A stretch of 64,000 nucleotides of DNA from a virus: positions 1 through 64,000 of IMG/VR virus record IMGVR_UViG_3300043811_000050; one strand, 5' to 3'. The translations under genes and the position numbers were made by a program. The notes beneath the pieces were generated by a model. The model saw only the letters and a program-made list of their open reading frames with translations. It was not told where the DNA came from and searched no databases. Below, one piece after another: positions 36,875 through 46,255 of the stretch. Position 1 is the first letter of the stretch. Each line of letters begins with the position of its first letter.

Positions 36875-38589
36875 TGGACAGCCGCATCACCTACCAACCC
36901 AAAACCGCCCCACGCGCCCATCAGGCCGAGGCGCTGCGCCGGCTTGACAACATGATCGTCTTCGCCCTCCTAATGGACATGGGCACCGGCAAGTCTAAGG
37001 TCATCCTCGACAAGTTCGGCGCCCTCGAGCTGACCGGACAAGCCCACGACCTCGGAATCATTGCTCCAGCCGGCTCCATCACCAATTGGTATGAGGACAA
37101 GAGCGACCTGCAGCTGTCGCAGCTCAAGACCCATCTGTCGGAGGACCTGTACAAGCGGCTGGCATGGGCAGTATGGACGTCGAAGCAGACCAGGAAACAG
37201 CAGGAGCGGCTGGAGTGGCTGCTGACCGTGACCAACAGGCCACGGGCGTTGTTTGTTAATATCGAGGCGCTGTCGCGGAAGATTAAGGTCAATCAGGCAT
37301 ATCAATACTGTGCAAAGTTCCTTGATACGAACCGTAAAAGCATTCTTGCAGTTGATGAATCAACTGGCATCCGCAACACCAGCCTACGTACCGAAGCGGT
37401 CCAGCAGCTCGGACGATTTGCAGACATCCGCTACATCCTGACTGGACTGATCACACCAAAGAACCCCCTGGACCTCTACCGCCAATTCGAGTTCCTCGAT
37501 CCCAGAATCCTCGGCTATTCCAACTTCGCCACCTTCCGTGCCCGCTATGCCATTGTCGAGCGGATATGCATGCTGCCACAAGAGCAAATCCGTAATACTT
37601 TCCTGGCCTGCGTCGGCATCAAGCGGGGGCAATGCCTGCTATCGGACGGACTGCTGAGAAACAAATATGCCAAGGTCTACCCAAGACAAGACCCCTCCAG
37701 AATGCCGCGCAGCGAGCTGGTGGAGGGATTGCTAATTGCCGCCGACGGCATGAAGCGAGCTGATCTTGTCGAGGCCATCCTGGCCATGGGCGGGTACATC
37801 CAAAACGTCCCGCAGATCAAAGGCTATCAGAATATCGAGGAGCTGCAGCAGAAAATTGCTCCTTGGTCCTACCGCGTCACCAAGGATCAGGCCCTCGATC
37901 TGCCGCCCAAGATCTACCAAATACGGGAAGTGGCCCTGACAACCGAGCAGAAGAAGGCTTATGGGGAGCTGCTGGAGTTTGCCACTACGGCACTTGCCGG
38001 AGAGGAAACGGATACCGGACATGTTACCGCGTCTTCCGCAATTACCCAAATTGTCAAGCTGCATCAGCTGGTTTGTGGATACGGGGTGGATGAGCATGGT
38101 GGCATCAATCCGGTTAGATTTAACCGGATTGATGCCCTGATAGAATTATTGGACGAATGCGAAGGCAAGGTTATAATATGGGCCGAATACCTGTATTCGA
38201 TCTACCAGATCGTCGAGGCGCTGGAGAAAGAATATGGCAAGGAATCCGTTGCCACCTTCAGCGGGGCAAACAAGGCAACTCGAGGCCAGGATGAGCGACG
38301 TTTCCTTTCCGATCCGCTATGCCGGTTCATGGTTGCCAGCTATGCCGGATCGCTGGGTAATACTTGGATCAATGCAAATACCATTGTTTACTTTGCCAAC
38401 ACCTATGACCTGGAAAAACGCATGCAAAGCGAGGACCGCTCGCATCGCGATGGCCTGCGCCATTCGGTCACCTATGTTGACCTGATGGCAATGGGAACGG
38501 TGGATGAGAAAATTGTCAAGGCGTTGCGGAACAAGATCAACATGGCAACGGCCATAACCGGAGAAGGGTGGAAACAATGGCTGATCTAA
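36874..38589 (+). CDS. SNF2-like SF2 helicase with internal insertion
   Basis: DMGTGKS, VDES, LTG..TP and QSEDRSHR. Confidence 0.9.
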   Translation: MDSRITYQPKTAPRAHQAEALRRLDNMIVFALLMDMGTGKSKVILDKFGALELTGQAHDLGIIAPAGSITNWYEDKSDLQLSQLKTHLSEDLYKRLAWAVWTSKQTRKQQERLEWLLTVTNRPRALFVNIEALSRKIKVNQAYQYCAKFLDTNRKSILAVDESTGIRNTSLRTEAVQQLGRFADIRYILTGLITPKNPLDLYRQFEFLDPRILGYSNFATFRARYAIVERICMLPQEQIRNTFLACVGIKRGQCLLSDGLLRNKYAKVYPRQDPSRMPRSELVEGLLIAADGMKRADLVEAILAMGGYIQNVPQIKGYQNIEELQQKIAPWSYRVTKDQALDLPPKIYQIREVALTTEQKKAYGELLEFATTALAGEETDTGHVTASSAITQIVKLHQLVCGYGVDEHGGINPVRFNRIDALIELLDECEGKVIIWAEYLYSIYQIVEALEKEYGKESVATFSGANKATRGQDERRFLSDPLCRFMVASYAGSLGNTWINANTIVYFANTYDLEKRMQSEDRSHRDGLRHSVTYVDLMAMGTVDEKIVKALRNKINMATAITGEGWKQWLI

Positions 38590-38804
38590 CAGACAGCATA
38601 CTAAAAACTGCCCTCGATGAGGCTAAGAAGTTAGCTGTTTCTCTTCTTCAGCGCTGCAAGTCAGAAGAAGAAGTGATAGCTGTATCCATTGCTTTTGCTC
38701 TTGAAGCCAAGGTGCTATGGACCCATTTCGGCGGGTCGCGTTACGCAGCCGCCCAGTTTTATCGTTTGGCTGATAAATGCGTTGAGGAAGGAGACCCGCC
38801 ATGA
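38577..38804 (+). CDS. Hypothetical protein
   Basis: Coupled ORF. Confidence 0.5.
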   Translation: MADLTDSILKTALDEAKKLAVSLLQRCKSEEEVIAVSIAFALEAKVLWTHFGGSRYAAAQFYRLADKCVEEGDPP

Positions 38805-39211
38805 GCCGCTCCGGTTACTCCGACGATGGTGATCACTGGGCAATGATCCGCTGGCGCGGTGCCGTCACGTCCGCATTCCGCGGCCGACGCGGTCAGGCCT
38901 TTCTACAGGAGATGCTAACGGCGCTGGATGCGATGCCGGAGAAGCGGCTGGTGGCGGAAGAGCTGGCCACCTATAGCGGCGAGGTCTGCGCTCTCGGCGC
39001 GGTGGGAGTGGCACGTGGCCTTGGGATGGGGGTGGTCGACCCTGAGGACTACGAGGGCGTCGCTGAGCTATTCCGGGTGCCTCGCGCGCTGGCCCAGGAG
39101 GTCATGTGGATGAATGATGAGGGCGCATACCGAATCGAGACGCCCGAGCAGCGGTGGGTCCGCATGCGGGCATGGGTGGCAAGCCAAATCAAGCACGCGG
39201 AGAAGGAGTGA
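38801..39211 (+). CDS. Conserved phage hypothetical protein
   Basis: MSRSGYSDD..WRG.V.SA.RG.RGQ..L pattern. Confidence 0.6.
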   Translation: MSRSGYSDDGDHWAMIRWRGAVTSAFRGRRGQAFLQEMLTALDAMPEKRLVAEELATYSGEVCALGAVGVARGLGMGVVDPEDYEGVAELFRVPRALAQEVMWMNDEGAYRIETPEQRWVRMRAWVASQIKHAEKE

Positions 39212-39681
39212 TGAGCGGTCCATGGCCCGAACAGGATATCGCCCTACTGAAACGCCGATGGGAGGAAGGTGCCACTGATTCCCAAATCGCTCACGAGCTG
39301 AACGGGCGGTACACGCGAAATGCAGTCATTGGCCAGCGCCACCGGGCCGGATGGATCGGACGCCCAGCCGGTGCCAAGGTCAGGCATGCACTTAGCCAGT
39401 CCAAGCGGACCGACCACGCCAGGCCGGTGCCATACGCGCCGCCGGTCATTGCCGCTGCTCTAGGAGAGGAGTGCCCAATCGTCGAGATTACCGTGGCCGA
39501 ATCCGATCCCGGTAATATTGCCATTGTCGATCTCGAACCGCATCACTGCCGCTGGCCAACCTGGACCAGCGCGGAGAAAGGGGGTATGTATTGCGGCGCC
39601 AAGCGCCTGGAGGGCCACCCATACTGCGGGCCGCACTGCAGCGTTGCATATACCACCAAGACATGGCCGCAACGACTGTAG
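39211..39681 (+). CDS. gcrA: GcrA-family transcription regulator
   Basis: W....I..L...W..G....IA......TRNAVIG..HR plus C-terminal CRWP...YCG.......YC..H...AY. Confidence 0.85.
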   Translation: MSGPWPEQDIALLKRRWEEGATDSQIAHELNGRYTRNAVIGQRHRAGWIGRPAGAKVRHALSQSKRTDHARPVPYAPPVIAAALGEECPIVEITVAESDPGNIAIVDLEPHHCRWPTWTSAEKGGMYCGAKRLEGHPYCGPHCSVAYTTKTWPQRL

Positions 39682-39693
39682 AAGGTGAGAACA

Positions 39694-39903
39694 ATGGACG
39701 AACTAATAGACTCGATCCTCGGCGAAAACAAGGGCCGGTTTGAGCGGCGCTCTTGTTTTCGGTGCGAGGGAACTGGCCGGCTGAAGGGTATCCGGGACAA
39801 GCGTATTAGGTCTCACGATAGACGTCGGCGAGCGTCGTGTCCGAACTGTGGCGGGTATGGGTTCATCGAAGTGTGCACACTTTTGCCGAGGAAAAGGAGC
39901 TAA
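39694..39903 (+). CDS. Small Zn-finger protein
   Basis: CxxCxGxG twice (DnaJ-type). Confidence 0.55.
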   Translation: MDELIDSILGENKGRFERRSCFRCEGTGRLKGIRDKRIRSHDRRRRASCPNCGGYGFIEVCTLLPRKRS

Positions 39904-39996
39904 CCCGAGATTGTCTGCACAATCCAATATTGGGCGAGTGGAGAGTGAATATGGTCTGCATTACAAGCAACGCATCCCACTAAGAAGGATACACCA

Positions 39997-40251
39997 ATGT
40001 CAAACGCACTGAAAGAGGCCCAGTTCAGGCTTTGTGAGCAGCTTAACTGGCGTGGCCCTAGCGGAAAATGTATGGGCATTGTGACTCTTACCCGCGACCA
40101 GGCCGTGGCCATCCTCGACGGCCCCACCGATCCGGTCGCAGTGCTGGACGAAATTGCCCGGCTGGCGATGTCCATTTCCAGGAAAGAAATTGAAAAATAT
40201 GCCGAAGCCGGAGGGATGTGGAGCGCGCTCGGCAAGTGCAAGGGAGAATGA
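39997..40251 (+). CDS. Hypothetical protein
   Basis: AAGGA RBS. Confidence 0.45.
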   Translation: MSNALKEAQFRLCEQLNWRGPSGKCMGIVTLTRDQAVAILDGPTDPVAVLDEIARLAMSISRKEIEKYAEAGGMWSALGKCKGE

Positions 40252-40490
40252 TTATGAACGAGGAAACCTTGGGCCGGGCTCGCCAGTTGATTGATGCCGA
40301 ATTTGGCGACGGCTACGCAATGCGGCATCCTGAACTTGTTGGCGCTTGGTTACAGGCCGAAGCCTCACACCGTATCGCAGATCAATTGAAATGGCTTGGC
40401 GTCGGCGACGCGGCTACCACAATGGGCGCGTTGGAATTCGTTGGCGTGGCGCTCGAAAAGATTGCGGCGGCTATCCTTGAGAGTACATGA
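40248..40490 (+). CDS. Hypothetical protein
   Basis: ID..FG.GYA..HPELVGA motif. Confidence 0.5.
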   Translation: MIMNEETLGRARQLIDAEFGDGYAMRHPELVGAWLQAEASHRIADQLKWLGVGDAATTMGALEFVGVALEKIAAAILEST

Positions 40491-40712
40491 TGCGTACCGA
40501 CAACTAAGGATAAAGCAGATGTGCAACTGCATAGACAAAGTTAATGCTGACCTTTATCGCTCGTGGCAGACTGCCCCGTTACCATCCTGGGCGAAAGAAG
40601 GAAGTGGGCCACGAAGTATCCAGGCTCCGCCAGTGCGCTATGAAGACCTCATTCGTACTTTTGACGTCTGCCCTTTCTGCGGCACGAAGTATCCGTTAAG
40701 TCCTGAAAGTAC

Positions 40713-42677
40713 GTGATGCGCACCGACAGCTACGGCCTGTTCTGGGAAGACGCGCCCCCCGAGCGCCGTAGCGCCGTCACCGGCCCGCGGCCGCTGCCAC
40801 CTATCCCTGCGACTTCGTGGCAGTTGCCAGACGGCCCCGACGCCTACCCACGACTCAGCGGCCAGGGCTTCATTGCCATCGACGTGGAAACCTACGATCC
40901 CCAGCTGGCAACCCGCGGCATGGGTGCTTGGCGCGATGGGCGCTTGGTCGGGGTGGCAGTGGGAACCCAGGCTGGGTTTCGCGGCTATTACCCGATCGCC
41001 CACGAGATCGGTCCAAACCTGCCACGGGAATACGTGCTGGAGTGGCTGGACCGAGAGCTGCGGACACCAGTTCCGAAGGTCGGGGCGAATCTGCTGTATG
41101 ACTTAAGCTATTTGCAGGCCAATGGGGTCATGGTCGAAGGGCCATTTTATGATATCCAGATCGCGGAGCCGTTGTTGGATGAGACGCAGTTGTCTTATTC
41201 GCTGGAGAGCATTGCTCGCCGGAGACTGAATGAAGGCAAGGTCGAGGACGAAATGTCCAAGTGGCTTACCAAGGCATTTGGAGACGAGCATGGGATTAAG
41301 AATAACATCTGGCGCGCTCCGCCAGCGATAGTCGGACCCTATGCCGAAGGCGACGTCGATCTGCCTCTGCGGATATTCGAAAAGCAGAAGCTCGAGCTGG
41401 AATCTCAGGGCCTGTGGGGCTTGTTCATTATGGAATCCAAATTGATTCCGATGCTGGTTGCCATGCACCGCCGCGGAGTGCGCGTGGATATCCCACGTGC
41501 CGAGGAACTCTATGAGTATATGTCACGCAAGCAGGCCGCGGCACTTGATAAAATCAAGCTAGTCTCCGGGTTGGTTCCCGACCTGTGGGCCGCGGCCAGC
41601 CTTGCCAAAGTCTTCGACAAGGCCGGCGTCTCCTACCCGCGCACCGCCAAGACCAATGCGCCATCCTTCACCAAGGAGTGGCTGGCCCACTGCGAGCACC
41701 CGGTTGCTGGCCTCATACGTGAAGCCAGGGAGCTGGATAAGCTTAAGGAAACATTCGTCAAGGGTTTTATCCTGGAGGGGCACACCAATGAGCGCATACA
41801 CTGCCAATTCAACCAGCTGCGGTCGGATGAGGGGGGGACTGTCAGCGGCCGGCTCAGCTCATCAAAACCGAATTTGCAGCAGGTCCCGATCAGAGGAGCA
41901 GAAGCCAAAATAATCCGGCAAGCTTTCATAGCGGAAATGGATCAGGACTGGTGGAAACTCGATTGGAGTCAGATTGAGTACAGGCTCATTGTCCACTACG
42001 CCGCCATGCTTCGCCTTCGTGGCGCAGAAGAAGTGGTTAATAAATATAACAACGACCCCAGCACCGATTATCACCAAGCTGTCGCCGATATGACCGGACT
42101 GTCCAGGAACCATGCAAAAGGCTTGAACTTCGGTCTCGCCTACGGGCAAGGCCTATGGCTGCTATGCCATAACCTTGGTGTCGACCAGCAAGAGGGCGAG
42201 CGCATCATTGAGGAGTATCACAGCAAAGCGCCTTACATACGCTTGCTTTCTCAACAGGTCATGGCCAAAGCGGCCAGGATCGGCGAAATACGGACCATGA
42301 TGGGCCGAAAGCGCCGGTTCAACATGTGGGAGCGTACCGAGTGGAAGGATGGGCAGAAAAAGGCCATCTATTACAAGCAGCGTGAACCCGGAACTAAACG
42401 GGCCTTTATCCATGCGTCCCTCAACGCCCTGATCCAGGGTTCCGCTGCCGACATCATGAAACTAGCCATGGTGCGGATATGGGAATCCGGAGTCTGTGGT
42501 GTCCTGGGGGCGCCGCACCTAACCGTACACGACGAGCTGGATGGCAGCGCGCCCAAAACGGCCCAGGGACAGGACGCGCTGGCCGAAGTGCGGCGTATCA
42601 TGGAAAACGTCGTCACGCTGCAAGTGCCGTTGCGGGCTGATGGCGGAGTGGGGGCGAATTGGGGGTCGGTTGTTTAA
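40713..42677 (+). CDS. Family A DNA polymerase with 3'-5' exonuclease domain
   Basis: DVET/N..YD/YA..D exonuclease motifs; SGRLSS..PNLQ, DWSQIEYR, AKGLNFGLAYG, IQGSAADI and VHDEL. Confidence 0.95.
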   Translation: MMRTDSYGLFWEDAPPERRSAVTGPRPLPPIPATSWQLPDGPDAYPRLSGQGFIAIDVETYDPQLATRGMGAWRDGRLVGVAVGTQAGFRGYYPIAHEIGPNLPREYVLEWLDRELRTPVPKVGANLLYDLSYLQANGVMVEGPFYDIQIAEPLLDETQLSYSLESIARRRLNEGKVEDEMSKWLTKAFGDEHGIKNNIWRAPPAIVGPYAEGDVDLPLRIFEKQKLELESQGLWGLFIMESKLIPMLVAMHRRGVRVDIPRAEELYEYMSRKQAAALDKIKLVSGLVPDLWAAASLAKVFDKAGVSYPRTAKTNAPSFTKEWLAHCEHPVAGLIREARELDKLKETFVKGFILEGHTNERIHCQFNQLRSDEGGTVSGRLSSSKPNLQQVPIRGAEAKIIRQAFIAEMDQDWWKLDWSQIEYRLIVHYAAMLRLRGAEEVVNKYNNDPSTDYHQAVADMTGLSRNHAKGLNFGLAYGQGLWLLCHNLGVDQQEGERIIEEYHSKAPYIRLLSQQVMAKAARIGEIRTMMGRKRRFNMWERTEWKDGQKKAIYYKQREPGTKRAFIHASLNALIQGSAADIMKLAMVRIWESGVCGVLGAPHLTVHDELDGSAPKTAQGQDALAEVRRIMENVVTLQVPLRADGGVGANWGSVV

Positions 42678-42691
42678 TGGAGGGATCGGAA

Positions 42692-42916
42692 ATGACTGTG
42701 GTAAAGCTGGAACACAAAGATTCAAACGGTATCGTTAAAATGTTTGAGGAGCTTACGGAAAAAGCCCGCGCCGGTGAATTTTTGACGGCCGTTTCCGTTT
42801 GTCTCATGCCTGGAAACAAATACGTTGTCCGTTTCAGCAGCTACAAGAACGGGATGGAACTCGTTGGTGCCTGCGAGTGCGCGAAGGCGGCGCTTCTAGA
42901 AGACATGAATCAATAG
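42692..42916 (+). CDS. Hypothetical protein
   Basis: Operon context. Confidence 0.5.
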   Translation: MTVVKLEHKDSNGIVKMFEELTEKARAGEFLTAVSVCLMPGNKYVVRFSSYKNGMELVGACECAKAALLEDMNQ

Positions 42917-42933
42917 CGATGAAGGAGGCGACG

Positions 42934-43593
42934 ATGAATAGGGCAAGCATAGCGTTTCTGTTGATGACAACCGCAGCGTGGGCGGATGTGATCCGCCCAC
43001 AATGTCAGACTGAAGAATCACGTGGTCTGCGGTTCACTTCGATTGCCATGTACAAGGCGGCAGATGACTCCGACCCATGGCGTAGCTGTTCCAACTGCTC
43101 GCTGCCATCTTCAGTCGTTGATACTGGTCGAGCTACGCAGGAACGCTTTCGAGCGGAAGGACACGCCGCACTATTGAAAGCACGGGCACTGGAGGCCGCG
43201 CATTGCCCTGAGATCGCCGACGCGATCATGAACAACATTCCAGCGACGGATGAAGAGAAAGCATCCATCACCACTGAATTCTCTGCATTGATGCAGAAGG
43301 AATATGAGCACACTCATAAGCTTCGAGTCTGGCAGAGAGAGCATCCGCAATGCGAACATGTCACTTGGTGGTGGGGCAGCAGAGGTGGATCGAAGGAAGA
43401 TTTTGAGGGGAAAAACGGGCAATGTTCGGCCGATGGAGCAGGCGAACAATGGCGTGGTACCAAAGACGACATGAAGATGTTCGACCCGGTGACCAATGAA
43501 CTGATAGCGAAAGTATCGTGTGCCAACGCATTACGGAAACACGGTTTTGGCGATGGCTCCTACGCCGATCCCAAGCTGTGCAGTGAAAAATGA
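42934..43593 (+). CDS. Cys-containing hypothetical protein with signal peptide
   Basis: MNRASIAFLLMTTAAWA|D; AGGAGG RBS. Confidence 0.55.
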   Translation: MNRASIAFLLMTTAAWADVIRPQCQTEESRGLRFTSIAMYKAADDSDPWRSCSNCSLPSSVVDTGRATQERFRAEGHAALLKARALEAAHCPEIADAIMNNIPATDEEKASITTEFSALMQKEYEHTHKLRVWQREHPQCEHVTWWWGSRGGSKEDFEGKNGQCSADGAGEQWRGTKDDMKMFDPVTNELIAKVSCANALRKHGFGDGSYADPKLCSEK

Positions 43594-43895
43594 CTAGTCA
43601 CCGCGTCACCCGTTGCCCCCACGGCCATCCCTACACCCCGGAAAACACGATCTGGGTCACCAAGACCATTCGCCGCGGTGCCAAGGTCTTTGGTCCTTAC
43701 CGACTGCGCGAATGTCGGACCTGCCGAAGCTTAGCCACCCTGATTGGGTATTATTACAAGGGGAGATCCAGGCACCGGCGCGCGGCGTTGGCCAGGAATC
43801 CGGACCTGTGGGTGCCGCCGCATGAAGTGCTGGTGCGGGCGGCGGCTTCCGTACAGCGAAGAAAGCTTCTCCGAGGCGCATGCCATGGACAGTAA
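43590..43895 (+). CDS. Stand-alone HNH-associated Zn-finger protein
   Basis: CPHGHPYTPENT...RECRTC. Confidence 0.6.
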   Translation: MTSHRVTRCPHGHPYTPENTIWVTKTIRRGAKVFGPYRLRECRTCRSLATLIGYYYKGRSRHRRAALARNPDLWVPPHEVLVRAAASVQRRKLLRGACHGQ

Positions 43896-44244
43896 AACCA
43901 GGTTCCTGCTCGGAAAGATGGTAGGTTTGCTCGGGAGCGACCATGACGGCGAAGTTGTTGCTGCGGCTAGGCAAATCCGGCGCTTGTTGGAATCCAAAAG
44001 GCTCACGTTTGGCGATTTGGTGGCGTTGGTTGGCGGGCCGGAGAGCGTGAAGGGTCGAGCCGCCACTGTGAAGAACGGCACATGGGAGATGGCCGAAAGG
44101 ATCCTCGAAAATGAATTGATGATGCGCCCGCACGAAATACGTTTCGTAAAAGATGTTGCGGCGCGGTCGCAGGCTTGGGCGCATTTTAGGATGACGCCCA
44201 AGCAGTCCGGCTGGTTTTCGTACCTTTATGCGCGGTACGGCTAA
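43885..44244 (+). CDS. Hypothetical protein
   Basis: LLGSDHDGEVVAAAR and E..FV.D...TPKQ..W patterns. Confidence 0.55.
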   Translation: MDSKTRFLLGKMVGLLGSDHDGEVVAAARQIRRLLESKRLTFGDLVALVGGPESVKGRAATVKNGTWEMAERILENELMMRPHEIRFVKDVAARSQAWAHFRMTPKQSGWFSYLYARYG

Positions 44245-44251
44245 AAAGCGC

Positions 44252-44280
44252 TTGCGCGCCGACCCGGTCCCATGTATAAG
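44252..44280 (+). promoter_or_regulatory. sigma70-like promoter with no downstream ORF
   Basis: TTGCGC-N17-TATAAG. Confidence 0.55.
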
Positions 44281-44285
44281 GGCAT

Positions 44286-44382
44286 TCGACACACATCCTT
44301 AATTGGATGAGTCGACGCCTGCCGGGGTTACACCCCACGGCTGACATAGGTGGCGCGACCTGGACCCCCAGGCGCGCCACCT
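44286..44382 (+). ncRNA. Candidate three-hairpin small RNA
   Basis: Stems at 44286-44315, 44321-44341 and 44348-44382 directly after the promoter. Confidence 0.45.
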
Positions 44383-44399
44383 GCCGTTAGAGGGAAAAG

Positions 44400-44890
44400 A
44401 GGCACATAGCTACCATACCCCGGCCATAGGTTACCCAATTCCCACACGGTAAAAAATATCTAGGTTTGTCAATGGGTTACCAAGGGGGTACCATGTCTCT
44501 TTTATGCCACATAGATTTTGTAATTTTCTTACAATTTATTGAAATTGTTAGGTTTTTTGGCACAATTCCCCTATACTACTAGCACATAGCACCAGCGTGA
44601 TGTAAGAATAAAAAAAACAAAAATCGTAAAAAAGCTATGGTAGGTATGGTGTGTCCGAATAGCACCTTAGTAAGTATTGAAGAAAAAAAGGGCATGTGGT
44701 AAAAATGTGACATATGGTAGTAGTATAGCCGGTATGGTAGGGTACCGTAGGTTGTAGTGTTTTTAGCGATTATGCTTAATTGCCCGCGCGCAAAGGTCGG
44801 AAAATATAATGATCTCAATTACCTGGGTGCTATGGTAAATAGTAGTAGTATATGGGAATTTGGCGTTTTTCTGTAATGATTTCAATGGGT
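44400..44890. repeat. AT-rich region with TATGGT/ACCATA repeats and a long imperfect inverted repeat (putative origin)
   Basis: Arms 44538-44593 and 44826-44886, including a 17/18 match between 44564-44581 and 44843-44860. Confidence 0.55.
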
Positions 44891-45121
44891 GTGGTATTTA
44901 GGTGCGCTGGGGTCGAGGTAATGGCGGTGTTTAGGTGTGGGATGGTGCTAATCCGCCGCTGGAGCGGTCAGGGTGCGATTTAAGATGGGGTAGGGTGGTG
45001 GGAGGCGCCTGGCTGGTTGAGCGCACCACGGGCCACGGCTCGCAGGCCACGGGGCTGTTAAAACAAAACTTGTAGACGCTGTGGTTTTGCCATATATGGG
45101 TTTGACCCCTTGGGAGCGCTC

Positions 45122-45625
45122 ATGCCCTGGATTGTCGCCCGCACTGTACCCGGAGCCGAGAGCAAGGCCCTGCTGCATGTCGAGCGCGGGACGGGCGGCG
45201 AATGCTATCTCCCAAGGTTCAGGCAGGCTCGAGTGGTCTGTCACCGGCGCGTGCTGCGAATGCAGGTCTTGTTCCCCGGCTACTTGTTCGTGGCTGCCAT
45301 GAAGCGTTGGCACTGGCTGCTTGGGACTATTGGTGTTCGGGGGGTGCTGATGAACGGCGATCGCCCAGGCACCATTACCGACGAAGAGGTAGACCGGTTG
45401 AAGTCAGCCCACGATGAGGATGGCTTTGTGGTGCTACCTGGCCGCCCGGATATCTCCCGCTTTGCATCCAATGAGCCGGTGCGTGCCATCAATGGACCGT
45501 TTCGTGATCTGATAGGGTTGCATGAAGGCCTCGGGCCGCATGGGCGCTGCCAGATTCTGTTCGACCTGCTGGGTAGAAAAGTGCGTGTGGCGATTCCTGA
45601 GGAAGACTTGGTTTCGGCTGCTTGA
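45122..45625 (+). CDS. NusG/RfaH-like transcription antitermination factor
   Basis: W.V..T.P..E, LFPGYLFV, T.GV, KOW-like GPF..L.G. Confidence 0.88.
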   Translation: MPWIVARTVPGAESKALLHVERGTGGECYLPRFRQARVVCHRRVLRMQVLFPGYLFVAAMKRWHWLLGTIGVRGVLMNGDRPGTITDEEVDRLKSAHDEDGFVVLPGRPDISRFASNEPVRAINGPFRDLIGLHEGLGPHGRCQILFDLLGRKVRVAIPEEDLVSAA

Positions 45626-45629
45626 CGCA

Positions 45630-45650
45630 GCGCCTCGGGCGTTTTTCTTG
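45630..45650 (+). terminator. Weak terminator between the nusG-like gene and terS
   Basis: GCGCC-TCG-GGCGT followed by TTTTCTT. Confidence 0.4.
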
Positions 45651-45703
45651 TGCAGCTCCTTGGCCCGATGCTGGCGAGGGAGAGATGCGGAGCGTTTGAC
45701 AAC

Positions 45704-46255
45704 ATGGAAAGGGGTCGACCATCAGCGTACAAGGCGGAATATGCTCAGGTTGCAAAAGAGATGTGCAAGCTGGGGGCAACTGATGCTGACTTGGCAGATG
45801 CATTTGATGTTGCCATTGCTACCATTACAAATTGGAAAAACACCCGCCCGAATTTTTTGGCAGCCTTAAAGGGCGGAAAGCATGAGGTTGATAATCTCGT
45901 CGAGCGGTCGCTGCTCAATCGAGCATTGGGTTATTCCTTTGATGCTGTTAAGATTTTTTGCCATGATGGTGAGATAATCAAGGTCCCATATCGCGAGCAC
46001 ATTCCACCGGACACCACGGCTTGTATCTTCTGGCTCAAGAACCGGCGCCCGCAGGAATGGCGCGACAAGCACGATCTGAACGTCAATGGAAGAGTCAACG
46101 TTAACCACAGCCTCGTCCCCTCTGATATCGCAGCCCTCGCCGCCGGCGACCTCGATGAACTTCAGAGAAAGTATTCTGAGACGCTTGATCTGGTCGCTGA
46201 AGTGCAGCAAATCCCAGCCGCTTCGGATGATCGAACGCGAGAAGAGCCGGCGTGA
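45704..46255 (+). CDS. Terminase small subunit
   Basis: GRPS.Y..EY, GATD..LA..F.V, SL..RA.GY and PPDTTACIFWLKNR. Confidence 0.9.
   Translation: MERGRPSAYKAEYAQVAKEMCKLGATDADLADAFDVAIATITNWKNTRPNFLAALKGGKHEVDNLVERSLLNRALGYSFDAVKIFCHDGEIIKVPYREHIPPDTTACIFWLKNRRPQEWRDKHDLNVNGRVNVNHSLVPSDIAALAAGDLDELQRKYSETLDLVAEVQQIPAASDDRTREEPA

Noticed and set aside
37560-37810. Intein in the SNF2 helicase
   Set aside because: Too short, and no terminal His-Asn followed by Cys/Ser/Thr
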